A stretch of 60,551 nucleotides of DNA, counting the filler, from Basidioascus undulatus (lineage: Eukaryota), in the NCBI GenBank assembly GCA_000826855.1. It is 8 parts of 8 records of this genome, joined end to end, with 100 filler letters (N's around TTAATTAATTAA, not from the genome) between each part and the next. Parts side by side here need not be neighbours in the genome. Positions count along the whole stretch, not along the records: positions 37,925 to 45,401 come from JTLS01001546.1; positions 45,502 to 52,977 come from JTLS01001547.1; 6 more parts are not named here. One strand, given 5' to 3'. Positions 37,925-51,099 of this stretch are shown piece by piece. The translations under genes were made by a program, and so were the position numbers. Within the stretch, counting starts at the first letter, position 1. Each line of letters begins with the position of its first letter. The notes below the pieces were generated by a model. That model searched no databases. It saw only the letters and a list, made by a program, of their open reading frames with translations, and was not told where the DNA came from.

Positions 37925-39362
37925 AGCAGGAGGACGAGATGTTGCGTACGGCGGGCGGCGGGGAAAAGGGGGCCGGGAAGGGGGGCGGGGGAGGAGGCGC
38001 CGTTGGTGGTTACCGCAGCGAGGTGGTGTCGGTGGTGGGTGAAGATGGGCAGAAGGAAAGGGGCAACGGCGAGGGCGAGGGTCGGGACGGGGCGGTGGGT
38101 TGGGCGGAGGGCAAGGGCGACGACGGCTGAGGAGAGGGGGCGCCCGACAGCGCTGATTCGCGCGCCTCCAGCGAGCCGAGGCTTTGCTTCAAGTCCAATA
38201 CTGCGCAGACTACGAACACTCTTTCCTCCGATATCGATCTACCTGCTTTTTAGTTCTTATTTTCGACTACGTAGTCCACATTTACCTACGCTTTCCAAGG
38301 CCGCTATGTATGTTCGAGCAGTCTTCCTTGACATTCGCCGCCATGGGCGGAGCAGGAGCGGGTGCCTTCGGTCATGTGTCAACCTCAGCTCAGGGCGCCC
38401 GCGATCTCGGTTCAAATCCCAATGACGTTGTTTTCAGAGGCGTCGGCCTCACTGGACAACCATCGTAAAATGATATGTATCTGAAAGCTGTTTATTCCAC
38501 AAAAAAATACAGGAAAGCTTTCCAGAGATCGTTAGGGCAGCATCGTTAGGGCAGCACCTTGCAGCACCGCTTGGCAAGACGGCCACCTCAAGTCTCAGCG
38601 TTCCCTGCTGCTTTGCAGCCCGCCACCTACCTAGAACTGCTGAAAGGTGGCTGAAAAAATTCATTGATGTTCTTCAAAGTTCGTCATCTATCACTGCTGG
38701 ACGCCTCAGCGGGAGGGGGTACCCCAAGATGGGGCTGCTACCAGAGGTTTTTGTGTGTGCCTACAGACAGCCAGCTGTATTGTTTCTGAGGTTCGGCGAT
38801 GGAGACCTGCATATCGGGCCAAAACGTCCCATCTGTGGCATGTAAAACCTTTTTGACCTGACACGGTTGTGGCCTGAAGGTGAACGGTGTTCATGATGCA
38901 ACGTCCACAGTTGTTCACCTGTAAGATACCTACAGGGCAGCCGAATAATCAACGCTAGGAGCCACATATTCAATACATTTTTAGTATATAACATCCCGAA
39001 ACAATCTGAATGGCCAACCCCGACCCGGACAGTCTGACGACATCGGCCACGTCGCAGACTGCGTCTGGCGCTCCGACGCTGCGTGAGGTAGGCACTGATA
39101 GCAAGAATGCGTCCACAAACAGACAGTCCCTTGCGCACCTCGTTTCTTGTAAAACTTCGCGCGTTTTCAGACATCTCGCCACATCCCGCACTTCACAACG
39201 GCATGCAACACTTGCATTCATACAGGTGCAAATTAAAGCGATCAATCCTGACAGTCCGCGTGAAATTGCTTGTCCATTTCTCCTTCATCATCGCTAGTGA
39301 TGCATTACATATTTCCTTGCTTCAGTCATTCCGTGTATCAACCCAAAACTCCCCCTCCCCAC

Positions 39363-41498
39363 TCAGAGCGAGTCATACACGGCCTTCTCGAGCTCTGTCC
39401 AGAGGTTGAGGACGTTCTCGTCGAAGAAGGGGAAAATCTGATTTCCAGCTCACGTGAGTTTCAATCTCCACCCTGAAAAAGCTTGGGACTGACCTGGGTT
39501 CCGATGGCAGCCTATCAAATGCACAGGCTGGTGGTCAGAATTGCTTTGGGTCGGACTGGAAGGTTTGAGGGAGACATACGACGATGCCGCGCCCAAAGTC
39601 GACGTGGTAGAAGTTGTTCGAGAGGCTATTGCACCTTGTCAGTTTCGTAGTTTCGCATTCTGCTATCTCATGTAATAGAAATGCAGAAAGGACAGCGACG
39701 CACCCAGCCCACCAGAACGAGTCCCCAGACCGACCAGTGGGGAGGCCGTCAGGGGTCAAGCAGCCAGCTGTGAATGCGCGGTGAAAACAAAGTCAGCGGG
39801 GCTCCCGGCTACACGACCCCCTGAGCCACGGTCCACATACCGGCAGACCACTGTTTCTTCACCCCCGCGAGGTTCACGAACGTGTTGGTCAACTCCGGGA
39901 TAGGCTGTGTGCTCCTCCGCTCCAGTCAGTGCCACACGGAAAGTGAGAGGTCTAGGAGATGGGAGAAGGACGCACGTTCTCAAACGCGGTATCCAAGTCC
40001 TTCGCCACCTCCTCCGACAACTGGGGCTTCACGAGCTCCCTGACCGTCTGCGGCTGGAGGATGCACTTGCCCGTGTCGGGGTGAGTCCCCTCGTTCAGCA
40101 AGGCGCGGAGGACCTCGAGGTAGTCCGGGAGGGCCCTTCACCCACAAAAGCACCCGATCAACTTTGCCGCTCTCCCCTCTTAAGGAAGTCAAAAGCCACT
40201 CACCCGTGCAGACCCGCCCCACCAGCGCACGCCTCGACCCCCCCGCCAAGGGTGTACCACGGCGTCTTGTGGTCCATCACGCTGTACGCGCCGTCCTTCC
40301 GCGCGTGGATGGACGAGCGGACGCTGTTGAGGACAACGTGGAAAGTGGGCGTCTTGGCGTTGCAGGGTCCGAAGATGTGCTGCTTGAAGTAGTCGTCCAG
40401 CCTGCGGGGGCGAACGCACTGTGCAGTGTGAGTTTCAACAGTCGAGGGAACAGGAAGAGGGGAGACGCACGAGAGGCCAGTGAGGGACTCGACGGCGAGG
40501 CCGGCATCTTTATGGCCGTACCTCTTTGTGAGCCCTATAGAAAGACAGAGAACAAATCAAAGAATTGGCCATACAGTCCAGCCCGAGCCCGTACTGCCAG
40601 TGCGTGCCGGGCTCGAAGTTCAGCTTCGCCTTGACGTTGTCCTGTACCGCATTTCAAGTTAGCTCAGTTCACGCTCCTTTTTTCAATGGAAATTTATGAA
40701 GACCTACCGCCTTGCCGGACAAGTTCGCCGGCACGCGCCCAGCATCAAAGTCGTCCTTGCGCGCCTGGTCGAAAAAGTCGCTGCGGTGCCGCCACATCCT
40801 CCTTGTCAGCCTGGCCAGCATTAAATAAGCTATATTTTCAAAACTCAAACGTACTACGAAGTGCCGTTAGTGTGCAGCACCGCATGCCGGAGCGTCATCT
40901 TGTTCTTTGCCTTTCCGCCCGAGCGCCTGCCCCCTCCCCGTGCATTCAGCATACCACCAAGCAACGAAGAGAGAAGGAAGGAATCTCACAGCTCTTCCGG
41001 CACTGTCGTCCCCTTGATCAGCTCCTCAAGCGGCGTGTCGAGGTCGACCTTCCCCTGCTCCACAAGCTGGTAGACCGCGATGGCGGTGATGAGCTGCGGG
41101 ATGCAGGTGCAGTGTCAGCTCGCGCTGTGGACGAAGCTTGCAATCGCAGGAGAGAGGGACCTTGGTCAAGCTCAAGCTGTTGGGGGAAGACAGGGTTCAA
41201 TTGTGAGGTGATGTGGATGAGACGGAAGTGGGACGCACAACCAGATCTCCGTGTCCGGCTTCAGCGCCTCCCCGCTCCCCAGCGCGCGTTCGCCCGCCGC
41301 ATTACTGTAGATCACGCCGTTGCGGTCTGCGACGGTGTATATTGCTCTGAAATCCCAGCCTGTTGTGTCAGGAAGATACCTGGGGCGGGGACTGAATGCC
41401 AGGACGCGGACGCACCCGGGCACGCCATGCGCGCCACCCGGCGAGGTATACTTCTCCAGGATCGCGTCGAGCTTGGGCTTCAGGTCGGGTGAGGGCAT
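39363..41498 (-). CDS. Beta-lactamase/transpeptidase-like serine hydrolase (LovD/EstB-type), many introns
   Basis: IWF|LSLTK|LITAIAVYQLVEQGKVDLD (SxxK), MTLRHAVLHTNG, FEPGTHWQYGLGLDW, LDDYFKQHIFGP, GGAGL and GRSGDSFWWAG. The C-terminus reads QIFPFFDENVLNLWTELEKAVYDSL*. Confidence 0.88.
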
Positions 41499-41683
41499 GG
41501 TTGGTCTTGAGGGTGGGCTTTGTTCTTGATTGGATGACGGAGTTGATAGATTGACAGAGGTTGTTAGCAACGTGCAGTCTGGCTTTGCAGTCTGAGTGAG
41601 GACGGGAACGGACTGCGTCGTCCCCGCCGGAACCCACCACCTTTTCTACCTCCCCAGCATCCCAGCCGGTACATTGAAACACC

Positions 41684-41764
41684 CATCCGGCAGGGGAAAC
41701 AGCGCATCACAAGGCCCACAACGACATCCGCAGGGGAAACAGCGCATCACAAGGCCCACAACGA
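41684..41764. repeat. Two-copy tandem duplication (40-nt period)
   Basis: CAGGGGAAACAGCGCATCACAAGGCCCACAACGA is identical at 41691-41724 and 41731-41764, each copy preceded by CATCCG(G). Confidence 0.92.
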
Positions 41765-43034
41765 AGTGCGCGCATGCAGAAGTTGAAGCTTAGCCATTCA
41801 AAGACCAGACACTGCGCGACGACGCCGGTCACGGGCTCGTGTGCGCACACACAAGAGCCAGTTTCGCCTTGCAATTGGTTTCACTTTCGCTCGATTGTAA
41901 AACTGATCAAGCGGTTGAAGGAAATTGCAAGCTAATTGGGTACGGTACCGGCGGTCGTGGAGGCAGCGTGACGAAAGTGCTAGGCTGCGGTGGAGGGGGT
42001 GGATGGCGTCAATTGCTTGGAGGTGAGGATGGCACCGGTGGAGGTTGGTGATCGCGTTCGCACCGTTAAGTGCGATCTTGCGGCGCTTTAGCGTCGATGG
42101 ACAGCTTGCAACCGGGAGTGTCCGAGCGTCGAAGAGGACAGATGGCAGCGTGCAAGTCGCTGCGAGGACGAGAACAAGGAGTCAAGGACGGCGGGACCTG
42201 CTCAGTGAGTGCGGTGTATGTTCGAGTCAGCTCGTGGATCGTGGACGTGATTGGCGAGATGATGAGTGTTTGTAAGAGAAATACGTCCGCTTTTTCTTTT
42301 CCCCACAAGCATAGTGTAGAGCACGACGAAAAGATAGCGGGGCAATAGACTGCCGTTGGAGGATGAGATGGACGCGCCACAGGACCTAAAAACCTTCCGT
42401 CGACAATTTTCGAGGCCGTGTGTTCTCTGGACACATCGGAGGTGCTTGATGAGAAGCTGAGGCAACGGGGGTAATGTGCAAAAGAAAAGGAAAGGAGGAC
42501 GTTCCCGCGCAGTATTTCTGGCAGCGAAGGGATCAGACCGAGGGCTGTTTCAGCGGGAGCATGACGCATCGCAAGAGGCGCAGAGGACGGCCGAGGAGAT
42601 GCCGAGATGGACTGGCCTGGCTCTGGCTCTGCTGAGTGTCTCTCGCCTGCTGCCCCTCATCATCATCTTCTTGCTCGCCGCCATTCGCAGCGGCTTCCTC
42701 ACCGTTGACCACGCCCTCGACACCGCTTGCATCGGCGCTGACGACCCAGCAACGCTTCAGTCCCCGCCGTACACCACCCGAGGCGCTCGCCCGGTCCGCC
42801 AAGGGGCACGCACTCGTCTGCTATCTCATAAATTCATTCCATCCTCGCTCGCCCGGTTTCTTTGGTCCTCCTTGTCCCCCTTCCCTAAGAGACGACCAGC
42901 AGGATTCTCCAGCACCACGCCGTGCACTCGATTTTCGTTGATCTACTCGGATGCCTCTCATTTCCCTCCGCCGCCTGTCTCTCTCCGCCTCGCCCGACCC
43001 CGACAGAAGCCCGTCCCCGCCCTCGCCCTCAAAG

Positions 43035-45401
43035 ATGCCCCCCCACCACCACCGCACACCCTTCGACGAGCCGCCCCGACAGCAGCCTGAAAACACCAGC
43101 CCCGGCTCGCGCATCAGCCGCTTCCTCAAACGCAGGAGCAAGGACGCGACCGCCGATCTTGCTCCCGACCCGGGCCCCCGCCCCTCCGACGGCCTACCGT
43201 CTTCCACGGCCGACCGTCGTCGGTCGAGCAACCAGTCCTCCCACTCCCCGCTCGCCGCCGCCGCAGTGCGCTCGTCCACCGGCGTAGCGACCGCGCCGAC
43301 CACGGTACACGTGCCGCCGCGGAGGACATCCCTCGCTCTGGCGACGGAGGAGCCAAAGAAGCTCCGGCCGCCAAGCCTACCGAGTCCTCCCGAATCCCAA
43401 AGCCCGCCTTCTTCGGCCTCGCCCTCCGGTAGCAGCGAGTGGGTGTCGGTGCGGCGGGGGCCTGAGCTCGGGGGCGCGGACGCTGTGTGGGAGCATGATG
43501 CAGGTTCTACTGGTGAGTGCTTCTTGTTCGTGCTGAGTTGCCAGGATCGCTGATAGACATGCCTCATCAAGGCGTCTTGCCCGCTACTCGCCCTGCCTCT
43601 GTATCCCCTACCGCACCCTCATCTTCATCCCCGCGGCAAAGCGTACAGCCCTCCGGACCCGCCAGTCCCTCGTCCGGGTTCAGCAGTCCATCTCCCCTCG
43701 CGACCGTGCAGGAGGGCGCGAACCTCTCCCGCAAAGTCTCTTCCCCTCGTCCGACCCACATAGACCTCCCCCCGCCATCGTACCCGCAATCCTCCCTCTC
43801 TCAACAACAACCCACCCGCGTTTCGCCTCCCCAACTCCCGCCCATCCAAATACCCGTCTCCACCCCGCCTTCCACCCTCCCCTCCACCTCCGCCGTCTCC
43901 ACTTCTTCGGCCGTCGCGCAGGAGAATGTCAGCAGATCTCCAGTCGCGAGTTCGTCAGCCGGTAAGCCTCTATCTCCCGATTGTGTGTCTGGATTTAAAT
44001 CTGAAAACTGCATCTTTTCTTCATAGTTTCCCGTTCCTCGACCCTTCCCAACCTGTCCACGTCCAGCCTCGCCTCATTCGCACCCGTCACCTTTCCTCCC
44101 ATGCCGCCCTCCTCGCCCGCCGGACCTTCAGGGACGTCCTCCATGCCCGCCTCTCCGCGCGACCTGCGCCGTGCGACGCGGCGGCTCCCCACGCTCTCCC
44201 ACACGGGCAGCATGACCATCTTCCGCGAGCCGGAGCCGTCCGCGTCCGCGTCCGAAGAGCAAGAGGGATCCGATACCGACAGCAGCACGGACGAGGAGGA
44301 GGAGGCCGAGCGTCGTGCGATTGCCGAGGCGCGGGCAGCCGCCGAGGAGGCTGCAGACGCGTTGCAGACGCCTCGTGGCCCGCCAGACGAGGGCGTATGG
44401 AGTCCATTTGTGCCTCTCCCCAGCGCGACTGGTCAGCCCTCAACCTCCCATATCCCCGCTCGTTCGCCCATCGCGCGCACGCCGCTCGGCCGGTCCGCGA
44501 ACGACTACTTCGGGCTTCGCGTCGGCGGCGCGCCGAGCACGACGCCCAAGGCGCTCGCCGAGCTCGTCTCGCCCACCAACGCGCCGCGTCTCCCGCGAAC
44601 GTCGTCTTCGGCGACGGTTCGCGCGCTCGCAGACAACGCGCGCGCGGAAGCTGCGGATGAGGGCGATCGGGAGGACGATGGCGAGGCGGGTGCGGCAGAC
44701 GGTGTGCGAGGGCGCGTACGCACGCCGGGGACCTCGCGCAAGCGTCTCGCCTCGACATCGGCGAGCAACGGCGGCTCTCGCGCGCAGACGCCTACCGCGT
44801 CCACGTTCTCCCTCGAGCCGCTGTCCGTCCCCGAGCGGGAGGACGACGGGTCGAACGAAGCGTTCGACCAGGTCGGGCGAATGGACGCGCCGCGACCGGT
44901 GCTCACTCATCACGTCTCACGGTCGCTCATCAACCTCTCCGACGCCTCCACGCGGCGGATGGACCTGCCTTCCCCGTCCTTTGCGATCCCGACCTCGCCG
45001 CCCCCGCCGCTCACGCCGCTCCCGCTCTCCGAATCCCCCACCGCCTGGCGGCGCATGTCGCTGCCGAACCTCTCCGCCCCGCCGCCCAAGTACTTCCAGA
45101 CGTACGCGCGGCCGGAGGGCCCGCAGGCGGTCTACCCGCGCGAGGAGGAGGGGCGCGAGCCCCTGCCCGCGTACCACTGCTCCATCCACATCGAGGGGCT
45201 CATGCCCCGCAAGATGGAGTTCTCTGGCCCGGGCCTGCAGGCCCGCGACCGCTCGTGGCGCCGCGTGTATGCCATCTTGCACGGCACGGTCCTCCGCATC
45301 TACAAGGCCGACAGGTGGGACCCCGACTCGGGCGCGAGCGAGGTCTCGGACCTCAGCGATGCCGACCAGGATGCCGTGCACGTCCACCCCCCGCCCCCGC
45401 C
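43035..45401 (+). CDS. PH-domain protein with long Ser/Pro-rich N-terminus (3'-truncated)
   Basis: PREEEGREPLPAYHCSIHIEGLMPRKMEF...RSWRRVYAILHGTVLRIYK is the start of a fungal PH domain. A PPKY motif lies upstream. Three ORF blocks are separated by GT-AG introns. Confidence 0.8.
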
Positions 45402-45501
45402 NNNNNNNNNNNNNNNNNNNNNNNNNNNNNNNNNNNNNNNNNNNNTTAATTAATTAANNNNNNNNNNNNNNNNNNNNNNNNNNNNNNNNNNNNNNNNNNN
45501 N
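45402..45501. other. Artificial contig spacer
   Basis: N-run with TTAATTAATTAA. Confidence 0.99.
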
Positions 45502-48500
45502 GCTCCGTCTCGATCACTTTGCGGACCCCACCCACATTCCACTCATCAGCACAGCACTCTCTCCCCTTTTACATTCCTTTCCCCAGTTGCGCTTCTTTCA
45601 CGATCTCTGTCTCCCCGCCTTACGCCACACGCACCCCACCATCTCGATCCTCACTGTGATTGCCTCGATGCCCGGTCCTCGCATGCGCGTCCCTCCCCTC
45701 CTGGGGCGCTGCGCGGGGAGTGCAGCCGACTCGCGAGTGCGGGCGAAGGAGCCCATGGCGGAATTCTGAACTGCTTCGTATTCGCCTCTCGTCCGTCTGG
45801 GCGGCATCCTCAAGGATTTCGGTGATGCAACCCGCCTTATAGGCTCCCAACGGTCAGTCAATGCAAGTCCATAATAAGTTCGCGCAGCTCAGACGTGCAA
45901 GCAGGCTCGAGTGGCCGAGTCGAGCGTGTCTCCTGCTCCTGTCCGTTAGGTTGGACTGCACACCCACCCAGTGAGTCCAGCGCGAGTCTTACAGTGGAAA
46001 TGGTTACATGAGTACTGCACATAATCATGTTCGGGAATGATTCAGAGTGGCAGTTCTGGTAGACCACCTAGCTGAGCACATGGAGGAACTCGGGTGGGCA
46101 TGGCTGGGGGTGAGGAGGTCTGGAAAGAGAAACTTTAACTAGACTAGAAAGAGAAAAGATCAAGTTGAAGATGGGCAGTGTGCAGTTGCAATTGCAGTGG
46201 ATGCACTCGCTCCCTCTTCCCCCCCTCCCGCGGCAGTCGAACATCTCGCGTTTGGCCCCCAGTTTATTTGCCGAGGAGCGTTTCTTGGTCTTCCAGCATC
46301 AAGCGCAAACGATGGGGATTACAATTTGAATTGGAATGACAGGAAGAGAGGTGGTAGATGTAGCGCATGGGAGAGCGATCAATGGTTCTTTAGCTCATCT
46401 GGGAGAGCGTCAGATTGAAGTCCTGAAGGTACCGTGTTCAATCCACGGAAGAACCAGTTTTTGCCGCTCGATCGTAGTTTTCAACCTTCGTTTTGCAGAA
46501 ATAGCGCAGTTAGGTAGTGGGAAGCTGCTGGGGATCTGGGATCCGCCACCCTCCATGCGGCACACCCGCTCGTTGTTTCGCCCCTGTTTTCCCAGCTGGA
46601 GACCGTTTGTGTTGTGTTCATGGTAAGTTGACTTTTTTCTGAGGACCCGCGAAGCCTGTTCTAACCATCTACAGCGACAACGCACCCTGGACTCGTGTAC
46701 TAATCTGCATGTTCCAGTCTGATCAAAGCGCCTTCAATGGACTACAGCTGCAGAAATATCCTTGCATGGATCGAGGTTCTGCTCATATACCTACTCAGTG
46801 TGAAGAAAGACGACCAGACTCGCTGCCCGAAAGAAGTTCGACAGCTCCTGGCTCCGTGGAGCGGCGCAACAACGAGGAAACGCAGGAGAGACGGTGGGCT
46901 TTGACCCTTGAGTCTCCTCCCCCCTCCCTTTTTGTTTGTTTGGTTGCTGGGGGTTGGGGTGGAAGTCTAATAAGGCGAAGGAGAGACCTACCGAGAGCGC
47001 TCACGTTCGCTCGTCTGCCATGTTATTGTGGGGCCGGCCGCCGCATCACCGAGCGGGGGCGGTTTCTCGATGCAGCCGGACCGGAGCGCAGCGCGCAGTG
47101 CAACGTTGCGTCGTGTTGTGATGTGGGAGAGATAAGCACAGCTCCGTAAAGCTGCGAGACGAGGAGGGACAGGCAGGAGCTGGAGGGGTTGGACTTTGAC
47201 TCTTGATGTTTCTCATCTGGATGATCTTTGTGCCGTTGGAAAGAAAAACCTTAGTGGGTGCTTTATGACAGGAGGCAGTACGTCTCGTGAGTTGGACGGC
47301 TGCATTGGCCGACAGGTCGACCCGGGGGAAGCCTGGGAGGTGAAGAGAATCAGGGAGCTGAGTTCCTGTCCTTGAGCTTTCTAAGTTAGGGGATATCGAG
47401 GTGCATTCGCGGGATGTGGGTGCGTTCCGTGAGTAGCGAAGGGAGAGTCTGCAACACCGGAACGCTCAACCCTGAGGACGAGGAGAAGGAGGCGAACGGT
47501 GGTGGTGCGTCTTGGTTGGGGAGATATCATCGCGGTTCTGTGTCGGAGGGAGGACCTAGTTGGGTTTTGAGAGGTCTGCGGAAGGTGAATGAATACGTTG
47601 GCGAGTCGGACAGATGCGCTGTCAACACAGCTCCGTATAGCAGGGCAACCCTGAGGAAGCATGTATTGGGTCTTGCTCTTGATTTTTGTAGTAGGAGATC
47701 GAGGCCTTTGAGGTCGATGAGCGAGGATATCTGCGAGGACGGTGAGTTGGACAGCGGCTTTCGACAGCTCCGCGGAGCAGCGGCAACCCCGAGGAAGCGC
47801 GAGGGGGAGGTGCGGACGGTGGTATGCGATGGTTATGGGGGTATTCGCGTTGGGTGAGGGAAGAGAGAGTGCGCAAGGCAGGGGGCGGATTAGTCGAGCG
47901 CGGGACGGGAGGCGGCTAAGCAGGACTGGGAATATGCGCTGGCTTCGCACCCCCTCGTACGCACCACATAACTGTGCGGCAGACTATCATGTCTGCGAAA
48001 ATTATTGGGGGTCTGGAAGTCCAGTCTAAGAATTATCGGGGATCGATATAGAATTTCTCATTTGCGTGGAGAGCGTGGCCGAAACATCGTCCCCCTCGAC
48101 GAACGCAGTCTGCAGCGTCTGCCAGGTGAGCACTTTGGTGTGTTGCAAGCTGACGAGTACATACTGCCGGGCTTACTGTTTATTTGTGCCAGAAGCTCCT
48201 TGCTCGTGATTGTGCTATTAAACTCTGTCTGCGTTCGGCGATGTCAGTGCGCAGTGGTGTCGAGCATTGACGTCAAGGACCAACATGAAGACAATGAGCC
48301 TTTGACTGCCTGTTTGTCAAAGGTAGTGAAAGCTGCCTCAACAGTGTATCCACCCCCTAATAACAAAGAGCAACAACGACATGGTGCGCAATGCGCATCC
48401 TGCCGTTTGGGACCGCTATGCAGACTGCCAGCCTTGGTTTGTCTATCGGAATCGTCTCACAGGAGACGCTTTCCTGCTTCAAGGCGTATTAATTTTGTAA

Positions 48501-48699
48501 GGACGGTATAAGTACTCTGCCAGACATGGACGGCCACGAGCGGAACGCAGCATTGTGCGGCTGCGAGTGGGCGGTCATGTCTGTCGCCAACAGTCGGTGC
48601 GGCAACTGATTGAAGCACAGACGGCCAGGAGATTCAGTGCAGATTTCAAGGCATTTCCATGGCCCAAAGAAAATGGGGCACTCATGTCGACCCTCCACT

Positions 48700-50104
48700 T
48701 CACACCTTCGGCCTCATCGCCTCCACGATCTTCTCCATAGCCTCCATCTTCCCCTTCTCAAACTGCTCGAAGCGCTCGGCCGATCCGCCAATAAGGAGGT
48801 GGTCATCGTCCGTCTGCTCCACCCAGAAACACATCGTCATCAGCCACCCTTCCCAAGGTTCGAGCGGAAGCGGCGGAAACCCTCACCTCAAACAGCTGCC
48901 GCACGGTTTCGTCCGCGTACTTGTCCAGGGGAATCCAGATCTTCGAGAGGTGCGCGCGGCTATCGCCTTGGTGGTCGTGCAGCTCAGACTCCACGAGACT
49001 GTAGTGGCGAGGCCGTCCGGTGAATGGGGGGTGGCGTTGCGAGAGAAGAGGTGCGTACGGAGGCATGATTTCGCGGACGCGGATGCCAGTATCTTTCAGT
49101 TGCATCCGAAGAGTGAGAGAGAAAGAGTGAAGCGCCGCCTCTGGTGTCGAACAAAACGTGGTTAGTTTAAAGATGGGTGCATAGTCCAGGAGGGAGGCAA
49201 CAGACTCGTGGCGCAGTAGTGGGAGGTCCGCGGGATGGGTAAGATTGCGAGCCCAGAAGAAACGGGAAGCTGTGCATTGACAGAGCGGTTCAGTCCGGGT
49301 TTCATTTTTGGAGAACATAAAATTGGGCGCAGTGGGCACAAGAACGTACGAAGCAGCCCCTGCCCTGCTTAAGGAAGTGCGGCATGAAGAGCGTGCACAT
49401 TTGCACGATCGAGGTGAAGTTGAGGTCGAGCTCAGTCGCAAGCTCTGGGAAGCCGATGCAACGTCAGCGATGCTCCGCTGAAGAGGGAGGACCTGCGAGA
49501 GCGCTATACCGTCCACGTCGATCGACTCGGGCTTGGAGAAGTCCGTGAGGTACTGGACGCCGGCGTTGAAGATGACGGCGTCAAGCTGAAAACAGGTGTT
49601 GACTCAGCCTGAGAGGGGATCGTACACAGTAAGAACACATCGTACCTGCGGGTAGTCCTTCAAGACAGCTTCGACGAGAGCTTTAGCTTTGTCGCCCGAG
49701 CCGATATCGGCGCTGTTGGCGCGTCGCAACATGTCAACGAACCTTATCTGGTGTCTGGTTGGTGTGAGGGAACTTACCGGAGGCCCTTGATGCGGCCCCC
49801 GGAGCTCTTCTCGAGCTCATCCAGACGATCCTGCCTTCGCCCCACACCGATAACTTGCGGCTTTGAGGGCGCCGCGGCGAGACGCTCAGCGATTGCGCGA
49901 CCTGAGGCCAGGAACCCCATCAGGATAAGCGTATGAGCTCGGATATGGACAGCGCCTTTACGGACCGATGCCTGTTGACCGAAAAGCGGGGATCGAACGA
50001 CGGTGTGAAGTGAGTGAGCAGCCGAGTCAAACGTTCGAGAAGAGCGCGATCGAAGTACCGCTCGTGGCGCCGGTGACGAGGATGCACTTGTAGTCGAATA
50101 CCAT
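48700..50104 (-). CDS. Short-chain dehydrogenase/reductase (DltE-like)
   Basis: ILVTGATS|GI|GRAIAE, GRRQDRL, LDAVIFNAGVQ, YCAT|KAALHSF (YxxxK) and VREIMPP|LVESELHD. Stop TGA at 48700-48702. Confidence 0.9.
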
Positions 50105-51099
50105 TATGAGTGTGGGGTAAGTAAACGAGAAGATGAGGGTCAGAGGGTCAGTGGTTATGGTCGAAGGCGAAGAGGCAAGGGCGCCGGCTTCGAAAGAAAG
50201 CGGCGGCAGCTGCGGCAGCTACGGCAGCCGGCAGATGTTTTGACCGGCCTCCACCTCATCGATGCAACGACGTTGATACTGATGAGAGCGACGCCTGGCA
50301 TGACAATAAACAAGATTTCCTGAAAGGAGATGAGTGGGGGTGATGTACAGATGCTGAGTCTGTGAGACGCGGCCACAGGCGAGCGAACAAGTAAGTGGTC
50401 CTTCTCGGAGGGCCGGCTTGCGAGGCGGTTTTGTTAGTCTGCACCCTCAACAGCACAGTTCTCCTTCGCGAGTTGATCCCAAAATTTCGATACATGAAGT
50501 TTTATCCCGAGCATTGTGAAGATTGACCAGCTCTTCAAGAGTTCTTCGGCTGACAACACGCACGACCGGGAGTCCAAAGTAAGTGCAAAAATCTGCCCAA
50601 AAATTCTCAAGTGTATTGGACCACTGTGTACACGGCAATACGTCTGCGAAGGGTAAGTTTTCCAACGGCATATTTCGTTGCCGCGCGTTCCACAATAGCA
50701 AGTTGCTGAACATGCTCTGTACCATCAGTTCGCCCATAGGGGGGAATACTTTCAATTCCAAGGGCCTGTGTTCCCCTTCCCTTCGAAACAAGTATTCGTC
50801 GCGGCGTGTCCCTCCGACAGTCATAACTGATAACATTCCAAGCTTACAGGGTTGCCCACGAGCCTCGAGCTAGTTCAAGCAGGGGTTTGGTATTTCGTTA
50901 ACGTTGAAGTTGCAGGGGTTAGTCGACATTGCTTGGCCAGTGTACAAGCTTCCGATGTTGTGGTGCGCCGTTCCTCCTCTTAGACTATTGTCCCGCGTCT
51001 CCCCTGCCGTCGCAAGCGTACTCTTGCGCTCACTTAAGCACTATTCGCCACAAAGGATCTCCTCCCTCCCATTACCCACCAACACCAAGTCAACTTCCA

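Noticed and set aside
39363..41498. Beta-lactamase-family gene as an antibiotic-resistance gene or recent bacterial transfer
   Set aside because: It is intron-rich and resembles widespread fungal LovD/EstB-type esterases.
41691..41764. 34-nt direct repeat as a possible CRISPR array
   Set aside because: There are only two copies with a 6-nt gap, no cas genes, and the context is eukaryotic.
45502..48650. Scattered ORFs such as 47414-47857 and 47381-47950
   Set aside because: No family motif or codon bias supports a call.
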